From the NCBI GenBank assembly GCA_000146465.1, contig CP001942.1: a DNA stretch of 64,000 bases. One strand, given 5' to 3'. Below the pieces are notes generated by a model. The model was not told where the DNA came from. It worked only from the letters and a program-made list of their open reading frames with translations, and made no database searches. Below, one piece after another: positions 1 through 9,638 of the stretch. The translations under genes were made by a program, and so were the position numbers. Numbering within the stretch: the stretch's first letter is position 1; each line of letters begins with the position of its first letter.

Positions 1-713
1 AGCCTTTTCGACTCGTGAAGAATGCATAGAAAACTCTTGGATATAAACTGATGTCTTAAAGAGCCAAGAGGGTCAAATATGTAGGACTTTTCCTTATCCT
101 TCCAGAACATTTCGTTTATTTCCATTCCCACCTGTCGGATATTGTTGGAAGCACTCTTCATCCATAGGTCAATGTCCTTTATCATCAAGTCTGCAAGTAA
201 CTTTCTCGACCTGATGCATATCTGGTTTACATTCACAAAGAACCTGTATTTCTCGAACATACATAGTTTCTTTTCCATTTCTAGCACGTTCTTTGCCATC
301 TTGTAGTAGTATAGCGGATCCTCCCGGTCCTCCTTGTCTGTTTTCTCGTATTCAAATGCAATATTGATGAAGCCGAGAATCTCCTTCATCTCAGATACAA
401 CCAGGTTGAGACGGGACTCCACTATGGAGTTCTCCTCAATATCATGGAGAATATTTGCGTGCTGTATAACAGCATCAGAAACAGAGCAAAGCAGTTCATT
501 ATTTATGTTTACAATTTCTGGCAGCTTTTGCTTGACCTTCTCCAAGTCACTGCATTTGTTAATTATGTTCATGTAGTCCCGAGAAATGCTCTTCATCATC
601 TCTTTTTCCTTTTTCTCAATCTCTTTGGAAAGCTCTACCAGTAACTCTTCTTTCTTGTCAGACTTTAGCATCTCTTTGAACCTCTCTTCTTCGTCGGGAC
701 TAAAGTTCATAAG
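1..713 (-). CDS. Hypothetical protein, partial. The N-terminus (ATG at 713..711) is in the window and the gene runs off the left edge. Acidic/basic helical protein, possibly a vesicle-tethering or coiled-coil factor.
   Basis: I translated the minus strand by hand from 713 downward. It gives an uninterrupted frame (MNFSPDEEERFKEMLKSDKKEELLVELSKEIEKKEKEMMKS...LGSLRHQFISKSFLCILHESKR) reaching position 1. The short overlapping plus-strand ORFs in the track (334..576, 444..644, 586..834) look like antisense noise. Only 17 bp separate this start from the XPB stop at 731. Confidence 0.45.
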
Positions 714-730
714 GGATCGAAGATCAAGAC

Positions 731-2749
731 CTAAGGCTTTGGATTCAATTTCCTATTCTTTTTGTTACCTTTGCCGGACGAATTGGATCTTAGTGTCTTT
801 TTCTCGATATAGGCCATTTCATCTCCCCCACTAAAGCTCTTCAGTCTTGCTGTGCTATATATAGTCCCTTCCTCGTCTCCACTCTCCTCACTCTCCAATT
901 CCTTTTCAGATGCGAGAAGCACTCCAGCCAGCAACTCCCTCTGCTGTCCTTTTGTTCTGTACACACAGTGTTCATTTTCGTGAGCTTCCGGTATGTCTGT
1001 AAGTATCGTAAACGTGTAGCCCTGGTCTATCAGAAACTGTTGTCTCTTGTTCGAATAGAACATCTCATCCGTGTCCTTACTCACCAAAGAGTAGAAATAG
1101 ACCTTAAAGTCTGGGTCGTTTCTCCTCTTGGCCCGGAGGATTCTTCCAAGTCTTTGCGCTTCTTGCCTACGGCTTCCAAAATGGCTGCTTATTTGGATCA
1201 AACATGTAGCTTCTGGAAGATCGATAGATGTGTCTCCAACCTTGCTCAGAAATATCGTGTTGATAACCGGGTTTGTCTGAAATTGCTTGAGAATTCTCAT
1301 CCTCTCTGTTTGCCCTGTAGGCCCATAAATAAACGGCTTCCCAAGCTTTAGGGCATACGCTTTCAGTGCATACACACTGTCTGAAAATACAATGATCTTG
1401 TCTCCTCTACTTTCGTGTTTGTTGATCAGATATTCACACATTTGAAACTTCGTCGGGTTCATTATCGAAAGAAGCCTTCTTCTCCGCGTCGGCTGCGAAA
1501 GATATTCTCTATAGAAATCTCCAGTCATTCTGCACCATACCTCCACACACGACACCCTGGCTATATGCCCTTTGGCACTAAGGTCTTGCCAGTCTGCCTC
1601 ATAAAGCTTAGGTCCAATCAAGAAGTTAAGATCTTCAATCTTGTCGTCTTCCCGGACAAGGGTTGCAGTAAGCCCAAGCTTGCAGTGATGCCCCACCAGT
1701 GACAATACTCTTCTGAACATCATTGCAGGAACAACATGAACCTCATCCAGCACAAGCAATCCCCATTCCGTCTTCCGTATAAGGTCCATGATCTTCTGGG
1801 CTTCATACGATCGCTTTCCCGTGTATGCAAGCATCGTGTATGTTGTAACAACTATTCCACAATCGTCCTTCGGCCACTCCTTGTGATCGGAAGTAAACCT
1901 GCCCACATTCTCGGGGGATATGTTGGTGAATTGCAATGTCTGCTGCTTCCACTGCTCAACAGACACAGCAGATGTACACAGCACAAGACAGCTCTTCTTG
2001 ATAGTGCTTATTGCCGTAATTCCCACAATTGTCTTTCCCGACCCACAAGGAAGTACAATTATTCCCGACCTTGCCCGTCCATTCCCAAACATCTTGTTGA
2101 GACATATTTCTTGATAGGATCTAATAATCGTCGTGGGCTTGAGATCTATCTGAAGGCTTCGAAGTGTCTTGTCGTTTCGGAAATCGTACTCTTCAATTAG
2201 TGGATAGTCAACTTCAATGCACCTTTTCTTAACCAGCTCAACATCTTCTACTTCAATCGATAGTCCGCTTCCCTCTTTGGGCTTACAAACCGTGTGCGAT
2301 CGTATCACAGTGTCTTCAGACAGCATTTTGTACACAGACTCATTAGCCGCCTCCAGGAAAAAGCTGTTTTCCTTCAGAATAAGCTTTACTTTCCCATAGC
2401 TTAGTGTGCATTCCGTGATAAACACCTTAACAGATCTCGGAAGATAGTTCTTTGAAAACCGGTCCAATGTCTTGATGATGTCGTCTGTCGTCAGTCCAAC
2501 ACTTACTGCAGCATATAACGAATACGCCGTAATCTGAAATTCATGTATCTTCAGTGGCCTGCTCACGGGCTCTGCAATGGCTATTAGGAAGTCACAGGCT
2601 TGCCGGGAAGACTCTCTGAACATCTCCAGTATGATTAGTCCATCGTAATTCACCCACATCGGAAAGCCGTCGTTGTCCTCCTTGAGAACAAGCTCTTCAT
2701 ATGGGAACTGATGCTTTGTTGCTTTCTTGGGAATCACAAGCTCATTCAT
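731..2749 (-). CDS. SSL2: TFIIH/NER DNA helicase XPB (Rad25/Ssl2/ERCC3)
   Basis: 672 aa. Walker [21 protein letters not shown] box ([11 protein letters not shown]) and helicase C motifs (QRLGRILR) are present. The overall architecture is that of superfamily-2 XPB. Confidence 0.9.
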   Translation of the reverse strand: MNELVIPKKATKHQFPYEELVLKEDNDGFPMWVNYDGLIILEMFRESSRQACDFLIAIAEPVSRPLKIHEFQITAYSLYAAVSVGLTTDDIIKTLDRFSKNYLPRSVKVFITECTLSYGKVKLILKENSFFLEAANESVYKMLSEDTVIRSHTVCKPKEGSGLSIEVEDVELVKKRCIEVDYPLIEEYDFRNDKTLRSLQIDLKPTTIIRSYQEICLNKMFGNGRARSGIIVLPCGSGKTIVGITAISTIKKSCLVLCTSAVSVEQWKQQTLQFTNISPENVGRFTSDHKEWPKDDCGIVVTTYTMLAYTGKRSYEAQKIMDLIRKTEWGLLVLDEVHVVPAMMFRRVLSLVGHHCKLGLTATLVREDDKIEDLNFLIGPKLYEADWQDLSAKGHIARVSCVEVWCRMTGDFYREYLSQPTRRRRLLSIMNPTKFQMCEYLINKHESRGDKIIVFSDSVYALKAYALKLGKPFIYGPTGQTERMRILKQFQTNPVINTIFLSKVGDTSIDLPEATCLIQISSHFGSRRQEAQRLGRILRAKRRNDPDFKVYFYSLVSKDTDEMFYSNKRQQFLIDQGYTFTILTDIPEAHENEHCVYRTKGQQRELLAGVLLASEKELESEESGDEEGTIYSTARLKSFSGGDEMAYIEKKTLRSNSSGKGNKKNRKLNPKP

Positions 2750-3002
2750 GTTTGGGATGCTATTCCCACAGATTTATCTAATCCACTTACATCGAAACAG
2801 TCCCCACCCCATGTTCGTCCAAGACCATACATACTACACAGATGCATTTCTGGACGCATGTCTTCTGAACTTCGAAAGAATCGAGCTGACCGCCAAGCCG
2901 TTCACAAACATAAAGGACGAGGACTTGGAGGAATCCCCAGTTCCTCTCAACAAAGATCATCCCTTCCCAATAGACTTCGAGCTTACCCCGCGGAATGCCT
3001 AA
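2727..3002 (+). CDS. Candidate small ORF (91 aa), function unknown. It lies in an unusually long 420-bp spacer and its 5' end overlaps the XPB start on the opposite strand.
   Basis: Track ORF only. A second frame, 2711..3028, also stays open over the same span, so coding status is uncertain. The real start may be an internal Met. Confidence 0.15.
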   Translation: MGITSSFMFGMLFPQIYLIHLHRNSPHPMFVQDHTYYTDAFLDACLLNFERIELTAKPFTNIKDEDLEESPVPLNKDHPFPIDFELTPRNA

Positions 3003-3169
3003 CTAGAAGAAAACAAATAATTAAATGAATGTTTATTCTGATTGAAGGAGGGAATGGTATTCTTACAATCTGTACGGATGCTTATACATGGTAACGCCAT
3101 AACCAAACCTCAATGCATCGCCCTTTACCCCATTATCTATGGTCCATTGAATTCTGGATATAGGCGTTA

Positions 3170-4315
3170 TTACTTTTTTTCATCGTAACATGAATCGCTT
3201 GTCAATTCGCTGGTCTCTTCCTTTTCATCGTCGTCGGCTTTCATGCCTTTTTTCCTTCTGTAGTCCTTGCAGTAATTGATGCATTCTTCCTTCATGCTTG
3301 GAGAATCATATCTATCCATGTCTGCACACATCTCCTTTGTGCACGACATCTCTGCCATTTCCGACGAATGAGGCCCAGAACCTTGGTTGTCTTCCCCTCC
3401 CTTCCATTCACTTGAGGCATCCTCCTTGTATCTTCTGGATCTTCCTCTCCTTCTTCCTCGCCTTGGCCGGCGCTGCTTGTCCCAGCTCTCTGAAGGACCT
3501 TTATTATAAGGTCCACTGGGATTTCCTTGCATCTCCTCAGACTCTTCGCCTCCCTGGCGAGAAGACTTCTCCTGCCGGTCTAGGATGTTGGTTATGGCTT
3601 CGTATTTGCTCTGTTCTATGGGATATATTAGCACCCCAGGCGGAATTCCCTTTCCGGCTCCAAGAGAAGATATACCATTCTCTTCATTACAACCTTCTTC
3701 CCCCCTAGCACATGAGGTCAGGCTTCCAAGCTTGTTTCCTATCTTCTTCAAGCTTCCCTTAAGAGAGTTTAGCAAGGAATCCTTCAATTGGTCCATATTG
3801 AGGTTCTTCAAGATCTCATTTGCAATCTTGTCCTGGCATTTTTTGTCTTTACAACTCTTTTCACCATCTTCTTCGTTACAGGAGGCGTTCCCTCCGTTGA
3901 GCACATCAAGACATTTCTGATCAATACAGCATTCCTTGGCATTTTCCCCAAGTGTTTTCCTGCAATTCTCTAATATGTTCTTGAACTTCTCGAGCTGTTC
4001 AGACAAACACTTCTTAAGCTGTTCTTTTTTCTCAGACATATCACAGACATTTGCGTACTGAATGTTTCCCGGAGGCTGAAGAGCTAAGGGAGATATCCCC
4101 ATCTGCTGCCCAACCCCTCCATCAGGCGCAAACGATAGCAGTTGCCCTGGCTTACTTGAAGGAGCACTGATCGTCTGAACCTGAGGCATGGGGCCTACAA
4201 ATCCCTGATCAAAAAGAGGTGAGTTCGATGGAAGAATCGAATATAACGGGCTTCCTGCATCTGCCGTCTCCACATATTTCCAAAGCGTTACCACCAAACT
4301 CAATTGCCCTATCAT
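3170..4315 (-). CDS. Cys-rich, Lys/Glu-rich protein with an N-terminal hydrophobic leader and an Arg-rich (heparin-binding-like) tract. Candidate secreted or spore-wall protein (EnP1-like?).
   Basis: 381 aa. The leader MIGQLSLVVTLW...ADA resembles a signal peptide. There are at least 20 Cys residues in CxxC/CC-like spacing and an RRPRRGRRRGRSRR basic cluster. No enzymatic motifs. Confidence 0.4.
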   Translation of the reverse strand: MIGQLSLVVTLWKYVETADAGSPLYSILPSNSPLFDQGFVGPMPQVQTISAPSSKPGQLLSFAPDGGVGQQMGISPLALQPPGNIQYANVCDMSEKKEQLKKCLSEQLEKFKNILENCRKTLGENAKECCIDQKCLDVLNGGNASCNEEDGEKSCKDKKCQDKIANEILKNLNMDQLKDSLLNSLKGSLKKIGNKLGSLTSCARGEEGCNEENGISSLGAGKGIPPGVLIYPIEQSKYEAITNILDRQEKSSRQGGEESEEMQGNPSGPYNKGPSESWDKQRRPRRGRRRGRSRRYKEDASSEWKGGEDNQGSGPHSSEMAEMSCTKEMCADMDRYDSPSMKEECINYCKDYRRKKGMKADDDEKEETSELTSDSCYDEKK

Positions 4316-4438
4316 CTGGTGTTTTGTTTATCAGAACTTGATTTGCCCATAGATATCAGCCATTTCTGTAACAGTTTCATTCAAACAATAAAGTGTTTCA
4401 AGGGCTTACCATGGTGCATGTAAATAGATATAAGAACT

Positions 4439-5359
4439 TTAATACTTCTTCTGAATCTTTGCATAAAAGAACCCGTCCATGTTGTGCACATGTGGATAGA
4501 TCCTTCTAGCCATCTTGAGAGACCCGTTGTAGTTTCTTCCCTTGAAACTCATGAATCCATCCTTTCCAATGTCTATCTCGCATTGGGCCATTCGGGCGGA
4601 AGGACATTTGTTGAGAAGATAATTAACAACCTCCTCGTTTTCCTTGACAAGCACAGAACATGTCGAGTACATCAGTATCCCTCCAGGCCTCAGCATCTCA
4701 AATCCATGAAGTATCAGTTCTTTCTGAAGCGTAACCATTCTATCTATCTCACTTCTTGTTCTGTTGGTCTTCACTGACGGATCCTTCGATATCACTCCGG
4801 TCCCAGAACACGGTGCATCCACCAGAACCCTATCTACCTTTCCAACATTCACCTTCCTTCCGTCCATGTTCATTATTATGCAGTTCTTCACCCCCATTCT
4901 CTGTACGTTGCTCTTTAATCCTGCTATTCTCTCCTCGTTCATATCGTTTGCATAGATCGTCCCTGTGTTTTCCATAAGTGCAGCAATGTGTGTTGTCTTC
5001 CCCCCAGGTGCTGCGCACAAATCAACAACAGTCAGACCCTCTTTGAGCTCCATGTTAAGGACCGGGAGCATCGATGCAGCTCCTTGAAGACAATAGTATC
5101 CGGCAAGATACTCGGGCGTGGCCCCAATAGGAACAGAGGACTTGAAGATAACACATCCGCTGTCTGTCCAGCTGAGATCGTCAATATCCACACCCCTTCC
5201 ACGTAAGAGCTTCGACACGTCTTTTCTACGCTTCAAAAGCGTATTGATTCGTATCGTTGTAGGCCTTTGCTTTTCGCTCTCCTCAATAAAAACCTCTGCC
5301 TCTTTACGTGGAAACAACTCGCATATCTTCTCCAGAAGATACTCGTTGTACGTATCCAT
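4439..5359 (-). CDS. NOL1/NOP2/Sun-family RNA (cytosine-C5) methyltransferase
   Basis: 306 aa. SAM-binding motif DLCAAPGGKTTHIAALM, catalytic DAPCSGTGV and the downstream TCS motif are present. Confidence 0.85.
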   Translation of the reverse strand: MDTYNEYLLEKICELFPRKEAEVFIEESEKQRPTTIRINTLLKRRKDVSKLLRGRGVDIDDLSWTDSGCVIFKSSVPIGATPEYLAGYYCLQGAASMLPVLNMELKEGLTVVDLCAAPGGKTTHIAALMENTGTIYANDMNEERIAGLKSNVQRMGVKNCIIMNMDGRKVNVGKVDRVLVDAPCSGTGVISKDPSVKTNRTRSEIDRMVTLQKELILHGFEMLRPGGILMYSTCSVLVKENEEVVNYLLNKCPSARMAQCEIDIGKDGFMSFKGRNYNGSLKMARRIYPHVHNMDGFFYAKIQKKY

Positions 5360-5439
5360 TAGAGGGCAATTTTTTCTTCAAAAAATCGTTCCTGTAGCTT
5401 GGCCAAATCCATAGAGTTTAATCATCCCATCCAGCCCAT

Positions 5440-7227
5440 TCACCTCTTGAAAAGAACCCCTGCCGTTGTACAAAATATAATCTCCTCCTTGGAATTACCG
5501 ATATACTTCGCTGGAGGTGTTGTGAGTTTTCGGCCGAAGTTATACAGGCTGGCCTCAAGCCTTTGCTCGTTGTAGCTGAGACCCTTGAAATACCTATTAT
5601 AATACTGCCGAAGATCCCCTGAAGTCTTTGCAGGAAAGTATGCTGCCATAGACACCCAGTTCTTGTTGTAGTATGGAAAATATATTGCAAACACCTGCCT
5701 TTCGTCTATAGTCCACTTCTTCAGCACATCTTCCTTGCTTATAGAAGCTCTTTTTACGGGCTCGCCCGTTTTTTCTAAGCTTTCATTCTGAGGCAGGACA
5801 AACTTTGTGTAGTATCTAAAAAACATCTTGAGATCTCTTTCCGGCCTATTTATCAATGGACGGTATTTTCCCCATGACTTTCCAAACACCCTGAAATGCT
5901 GAATAAATATATTTCTTTCATACTCCGACCATCCTCTTTCGATTATGAGCTTGACCTCCAAATCCGAGATCCTTCCAGACTTGTGTTTCATGTATGAGTA
6001 TGTCTTGTCTTTTGCCAAATAGTACTTTAGAATACACTTTTTAGTCTCTAGGTGTGATGCTGTCTCCTCAATCTTCCTGAAGTTGTTTCTGTACTTCTGT
6101 ATAAGTTCGGAGGCTATCTTGTCCTCTTCTTCAGAAAATCCAATCGGTGGAATCTCGGGAATACAAGAAATGATAGTCATTGGTGCTTTGGATGGCCCGC
6201 TTCCTACATCCGGAATCTCTGCCTTGTTGTTTTTAGCCCTCTTTAGAAGCATGGTCCTTTGATCTTCAATGTATTTTTGGATCTTCTCATCATCCCTCTG
6301 CATCGTTGGAAAAGCTCTTTTCAGGAAATATTTGTATCTACAGTCATTCATATCCAAGGGAACCATCTCCTTGTCCCTGCCACGTGCTTTTCCGTCTTCC
6401 AAATTCGTCTCTGTCTTTCTCTTTTTTCCAGAGCTGGACTTCATCTTGCCTTTTTCCGAAGAAACCAATAATTTCCTTGGGTCCTCTTCCAGAGACATCG
6501 GGAAAGATGCTACCGACCTAAATCCACTTGCCTTGAGTTCTCTACTATTTTCAAAGAAACAGAGTATAGGGACTATCTCATGCCCGGGAATGTCGATGGA
6601 AACATCGTTCATCACATCCCTGTATAGCATGTTCTCTATCTCCTCGATGTTGATATTGTTCGCCGAAGTATGCAAACCACACAATGGTCCATTAAGCAAC
6701 TGATGGCTTCTGGAACTTTTGTTTAAGTAAGCCTCGCTTTCTGCTGACTTATTTTTTGGTATCCCTTTTTCTCCTCTTCTCTTTCCCTTCATCCCCTCCT
6801 GGCAGAATTTTCCTTCCTTTCTTCTGTTTTCTTCGTCTTCTTTATAGTTCTCATCCTGCTTCCTAGCTCTTTCCTTACCTCCCTTTCTCTCCCCCAGGCC
6901 CCGAACATTCCAGTCTACCTCCTCTCCTCGAACAACTCTCCCATCTTCCCCCAATTCTCGAACTCCATGCTCTTCTGTTCTCCTCCCTTTCCCCCGAGAA
7001 AACCCTTCTCTTTTGCCTCGAGTCCAGCCCTTCTGTCTTCCCTCGCTTCTCTCCAAATAGCCAGTAGAACTTGTCCTTTCGTCATATCCCTCAATTCTTC
7101 GTCCCCTCTCTTCGGAACCCTTATGGTCTCCAAAGAGCTCCGTCCCTTGCCCACCTAAATCTCCCTCCCCCATCTCCTTGCTCTTGTCATGGTCTTCTAA
7201 ATTCCCTCTTACCTCGTTACTCTTCAT
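5440..7227 (-). CDS. Protein with two SANT/Myb-like domains and a low-complexity K/E/R/G-rich N-terminal half (co-repressor or chromatin-remodelling subunit-like)
   Basis: 595 aa. Two SANT-like repeats: WSEYERNIFIQHFRVFGKSWGKYRPLI and WTIDERQVFAIYFPYYNKNWVSMAAYFPAKTSGDLRQYY. The N-terminus is highly charged and repetitive. Confidence 0.55.
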   Translation of the reverse strand: MKSNEVRGNLEDHDKSKEMGEGDLGGQGTELFGDHKGSEERGRRIEGYDERTSSTGYLERSEGRQKGWTRGKREGFSRGKGRRTEEHGVRELGEDGRVVRGEEVDWNVRGLGERKGGKERARKQDENYKEDEENRRKEGKFCQEGMKGKRRGEKGIPKNKSAESEAYLNKSSRSHQLLNGPLCGLHTSANNINIEEIENMLYRDVMNDVSIDIPGHEIVPILCFFENSRELKASGFRSVASFPMSLEEDPRKLLVSSEKGKMKSSSGKKRKTETNLEDGKARGRDKEMVPLDMNDCRYKYFLKRAFPTMQRDDEKIQKYIEDQRTMLLKRAKNNKAEIPDVGSGPSKAPMTIISCIPEIPPIGFSEEEDKIASELIQKYRNNFRKIEETASHLETKKCILKYYLAKDKTYSYMKHKSGRISDLEVKLIIERGWSEYERNIFIQHFRVFGKSWGKYRPLINRPERDLKMFFRYYTKFVLPQNESLEKTGEPVKRASISKEDVLKKWTIDERQVFAIYFPYYNKNWVSMAAYFPAKTSGDLRQYYNRYFKGLSYNEQRLEASLYNFGRKLTTPPAKYIGNSKEEIIFCTTAGVLFKR

Positions 7228-7287
7228 CGAATCCCAGAATGGTGTCTAAGTGGGGCAAGAGAATCAACCCCTCAAATATACAAAGAC

Positions 7288-7578
7288 ATGGAGAACAAAG
7301 AAATAATAAAGCTGAAGAAATGGAATCTGGTTGCCCTTTGGTCTTTGGACATGAAGATTGAAACCTGTGCAATCTGCAGAAACCACATCATGGATACCTG
7401 TGTGGAGTGCCAGAACGGGCTTATAAACAATGACGAATGCAAGGTATCTTGGGGTGTCTGCAACCATGCATTCCATACCCATTGTATAACAAGGTGGTTG
7501 AGCTCGAAAAACGTCTGCCCCTTGGATACAAAGAAATGGGTTTACTATGACCCGGAGGAAAAGCAAGATGCAAAATAG
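7288..7578 (+). CDS. RBX1: RING-box protein Rbx1/Roc1/Hrt1 (cullin-RING E3 ligase subunit)
   Basis: 96 aa. CAICRNHIMDTCVECQ...VSWGVCNHAFHTHCITRWLSSKNVCPLDTKKW matches the Rbx1 RING-H2 signature almost residue for residue. Confidence 0.9.
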   Translation: MENKEIIKLKKWNLVALWSLDMKIETCAICRNHIMDTCVECQNGLINNDECKVSWGVCNHAFHTHCITRWLSSKNVCPLDTKKWVYYDPEEKQDAK

Positions 7579-7618
7579 AGTTTAATAAACATTTTGCCCA
7601 CTCCAAGAGGATTTCTGC

Positions 7619-8230
7619 CTATCTTTTCTTGCGCGGGCTCCTTATTCTTTTCCGAGTTCCATATTTCTCTCTGAGTTCAGAAGCCTTTACTCTATAAGCT
7701 TCATCAAGCTTCTTTTTGTACTCAAGAATCTTTTCTTTAGCAACCTTCTTATATGCCTCTCGCATCTCTTCGAGCTTTCTACTATACTTATTCTCTAGAC
7801 TCTCCATTTCCGCTTTCCTTTTGGATTCAATTCGACGCTTCAACTCTCCAACTTCTTTCTCCATTGCCCGTATTAGCTTTCTCCGATCTCTCAATACCTT
7901 TCTATGTATTTCCTTTAGTTCCTCAAATTCCTTTTGGATCTTCAAAAGCATGTTGGAATTCTTCTCTTCTCCACTTTCAACCTCCTTTCTTCCTTCTCCC
8001 AGGCCTTTTCTAGGCTCCTCAGTAAAGTCTCGAAAAATCACCTTACCTCGCACCTCATTTCCAAGACCTTTTAGGCTTTTGGACGTGTCTTGAGTCTCGG
8101 CCTTCTTTTCTCCACCCAGCTTCTCATCCTCAGGTCTGTTTGTAATGTTTGCAAAAGCACGTCTTTTACGGATCCTGACTCTCTCGTCAAACACCTCCCC
8201 AAAATCTCCATCTTCAGACAAAACATCCAT
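7619..8230 (-). CDS. Hypothetical basic coiled-coil protein (K/E/R-rich), possibly nuclear or nucleolar
   Basis: 203 aa. The C-terminal 120 aa are heptad-rich (KEFEELKEIHRKVLRDRRKLIRAMEKEVGELKRRIESKRK) and the protein ends in RKRIRSPRKKR (NLS-like). No catalytic motifs. Confidence 0.35.
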   Translation of the reverse strand: MDVLSEDGDFGEVFDERVRIRKRRAFANITNRPEDEKLGGEKKAETQDTSKSLKGLGNEVRGKVIFRDFTEEPRKGLGEGRKEVESGEEKNSNMLLKIQKEFEELKEIHRKVLRDRRKLIRAMEKEVGELKRRIESKRKAEMESLENKYSRKLEEMREAYKKVAKEKILEYKKKLDEAYRVKASELREKYGTRKRIRSPRKKR

Positions 8231-8588
8231 TCCAAGGGCTTCTCTTTTGCTGCCTTAGGAAGGTAGAGTACAGGCCCCAACCACAAAGTCTACAAAAAAA
8301 CTTAAACATTAAATATTACAAAAAAGCCTTCAGATTACGGAATATGCTCCTGCAGCAAGGGCAAACCTTTGACTCAGAGAGTGCAGTGCATCGGAAGATT
8401 CTCCATTCAAAGTACATCGAATAGGTGGAAAAATCAAGGTTAGACATCATTAGATGCTGGAATGGACCTCCTTTTATCTGTAATTATCATCACAAGACTT
8501 TAGGGGTAGCTTCTATTAAGTAGTTTAATACTAAGAACCTGAAAATTCCTTAAATTAAAAATATCAGCCAGGAAATTTATAGAGATAT

Positions 8589-9185
8589 TCATATAAGCAG
8601 CACAAACCTCAGGAGAATGTAGAAGAAACATACCATGAAGAAAAATAACAGAATAAACGAAAGAAAAAACGCAACTCCTCCAATAATCGCATTGGCAAAA
8701 GAGCCCTTTAGATCTTCACTTCGGAATATCTTCTTTTGGAGCTCTCTGTTGCACACCAAATCAAGTTCGTTCCCTATAAACACTGCTTTCACCACAGAAT
8801 CCCTTCCTGGGTGGTCTACCAAGTCTCCTTTGATCCCATTCATTTCCTCCTCTCTCCTCCGCAGGAAATTGCTTTTCTGGATATCTTTGAATATCCTAAC
8901 GTACAAGGGGTTCTTGACAACCTCAAAGTACAAAATATCTTTGACCTCGTTTCTGGTCGAAGGGTCCTTCAGTTTGTATATCCGAACCGTCCCAGAAACT
9001 GCATATCTCATATTAATTATACTTCTTGCCAAATACACGTGCTTGGTACTCTCACAAACCAAAATACAAAAAACTGCAGATCCTGTGCTCGACAGAAGCT
9101 CCTCATAAGTCTCTAGGGTCAACGGATCTACACTCTGGAGATCCTCCGAATGTATCACCTCCCCGTCCTTCACAAACTCCAGCAT
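8589..9185 (-). CDS. Tail-anchored membrane protein (C-terminal transmembrane helix), family unclear (SNARE/longin-like?)
   Basis: 198 aa with one C-terminal hydrophobic segment (AIIGGVAFFLSFILLFFFMVCFFYILL). The N-terminal domain is about 120 aa. No clear SNARE heptad layer. Confidence 0.3.
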   Translation of the reverse strand: MLEFVKDGEVIHSEDLQSVDPLTLETYEELLSSTGSAVFCILVCESTKHVYLARSIINMRYAVSGTVRIYKLKDPSTRNEVKDILYFEVVKNPLYVRIFKDIQKSNFLRRREEEMNGIKGDLVDHPGRDSVVKAVFIGNELDLVCNRELQKKIFRSEDLKGSFANAIIGGVAFFLSFILLFFFMVCFFYILLRFVLLI

Positions 9186-9302
9186 CTCTATGGGTTTTAG
9201 TAATTGTTTGTGGGAAATTTAAATGTTTATATGCTCCACTTCCTCATCACTCAAATCATCTCGACATGTAATTCATCTTATGTTGATGGCACTTCCCCTT
9301 TG

Positions 9303-9587
9303 CTACTGCCTGCTAATGACTCCCACAATACTATTGAATAGCAGCTCCTCCTTGTTTACATAGGAATGGGCTTTGTTGAATGCATCGGTACAATCCTTCC
9401 CTGCATACTTCATTATGGTCTCTGCTCCTCCTGGATGCACTCGAAGGAAGTCGGTGACATCATACACCGTTCCATCCATTATGATCCAGCAATCTTCCAG
9501 CTTATTGTGCTTGGATACTTCTTCCACACTAAGTGCCCTGAAGGATGGGCTTGTGCGTCTTTCCCGAGACCATCTTATCAGATTCAT
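9303..9587 (-). CDS. Cytochrome b5-like heme-binding domain protein
   Basis: 94 aa. WIIMDGTVYDVTDFLRVHPGGAETI...GKDCTDAFNKAHS carries the canonical HPGG heme-ligand motif of the cyt-b5 fold. Confidence 0.8.
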   Translation of the reverse strand: MNLIRWSRERRTSPSFRALSVEEVSKHNKLEDCWIIMDGTVYDVTDFLRVHPGGAETIMKYAGKDCTDAFNKAHSYVNKEELLFNSIVGVISRQ

Positions 9588-9638
9588 TGGAAAACCCAGG
9601 GCTGAGAATGCTATTGATTAAGCAAATTTTGTCCCTCG

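Noticed and set aside
2711-3028. The 105-aa plus-strand ORF in the XPB / Cys-rich gene spacer. It overlaps the 91-aa ORF 2727..3002 in another frame.
   Set aside because: Two different frames are open over the same DNA. There is no motif support and the product is basic low-complexity sequence. I kept only the 91-aa frame as a low-confidence candidate.
8240-8290. Apparent similarity of GGCTTCTCTTTTGCTGCCTTAGGAAGGTAGAGTACAGG to the 5' end of U2 snRNA.
   Set aside because: The similarity is limited to about 20 nt. The essential branch-point-binding GUAGUA box and the Sm site are absent. The segment sits right at the promoter/start of the 7619..8230 gene.
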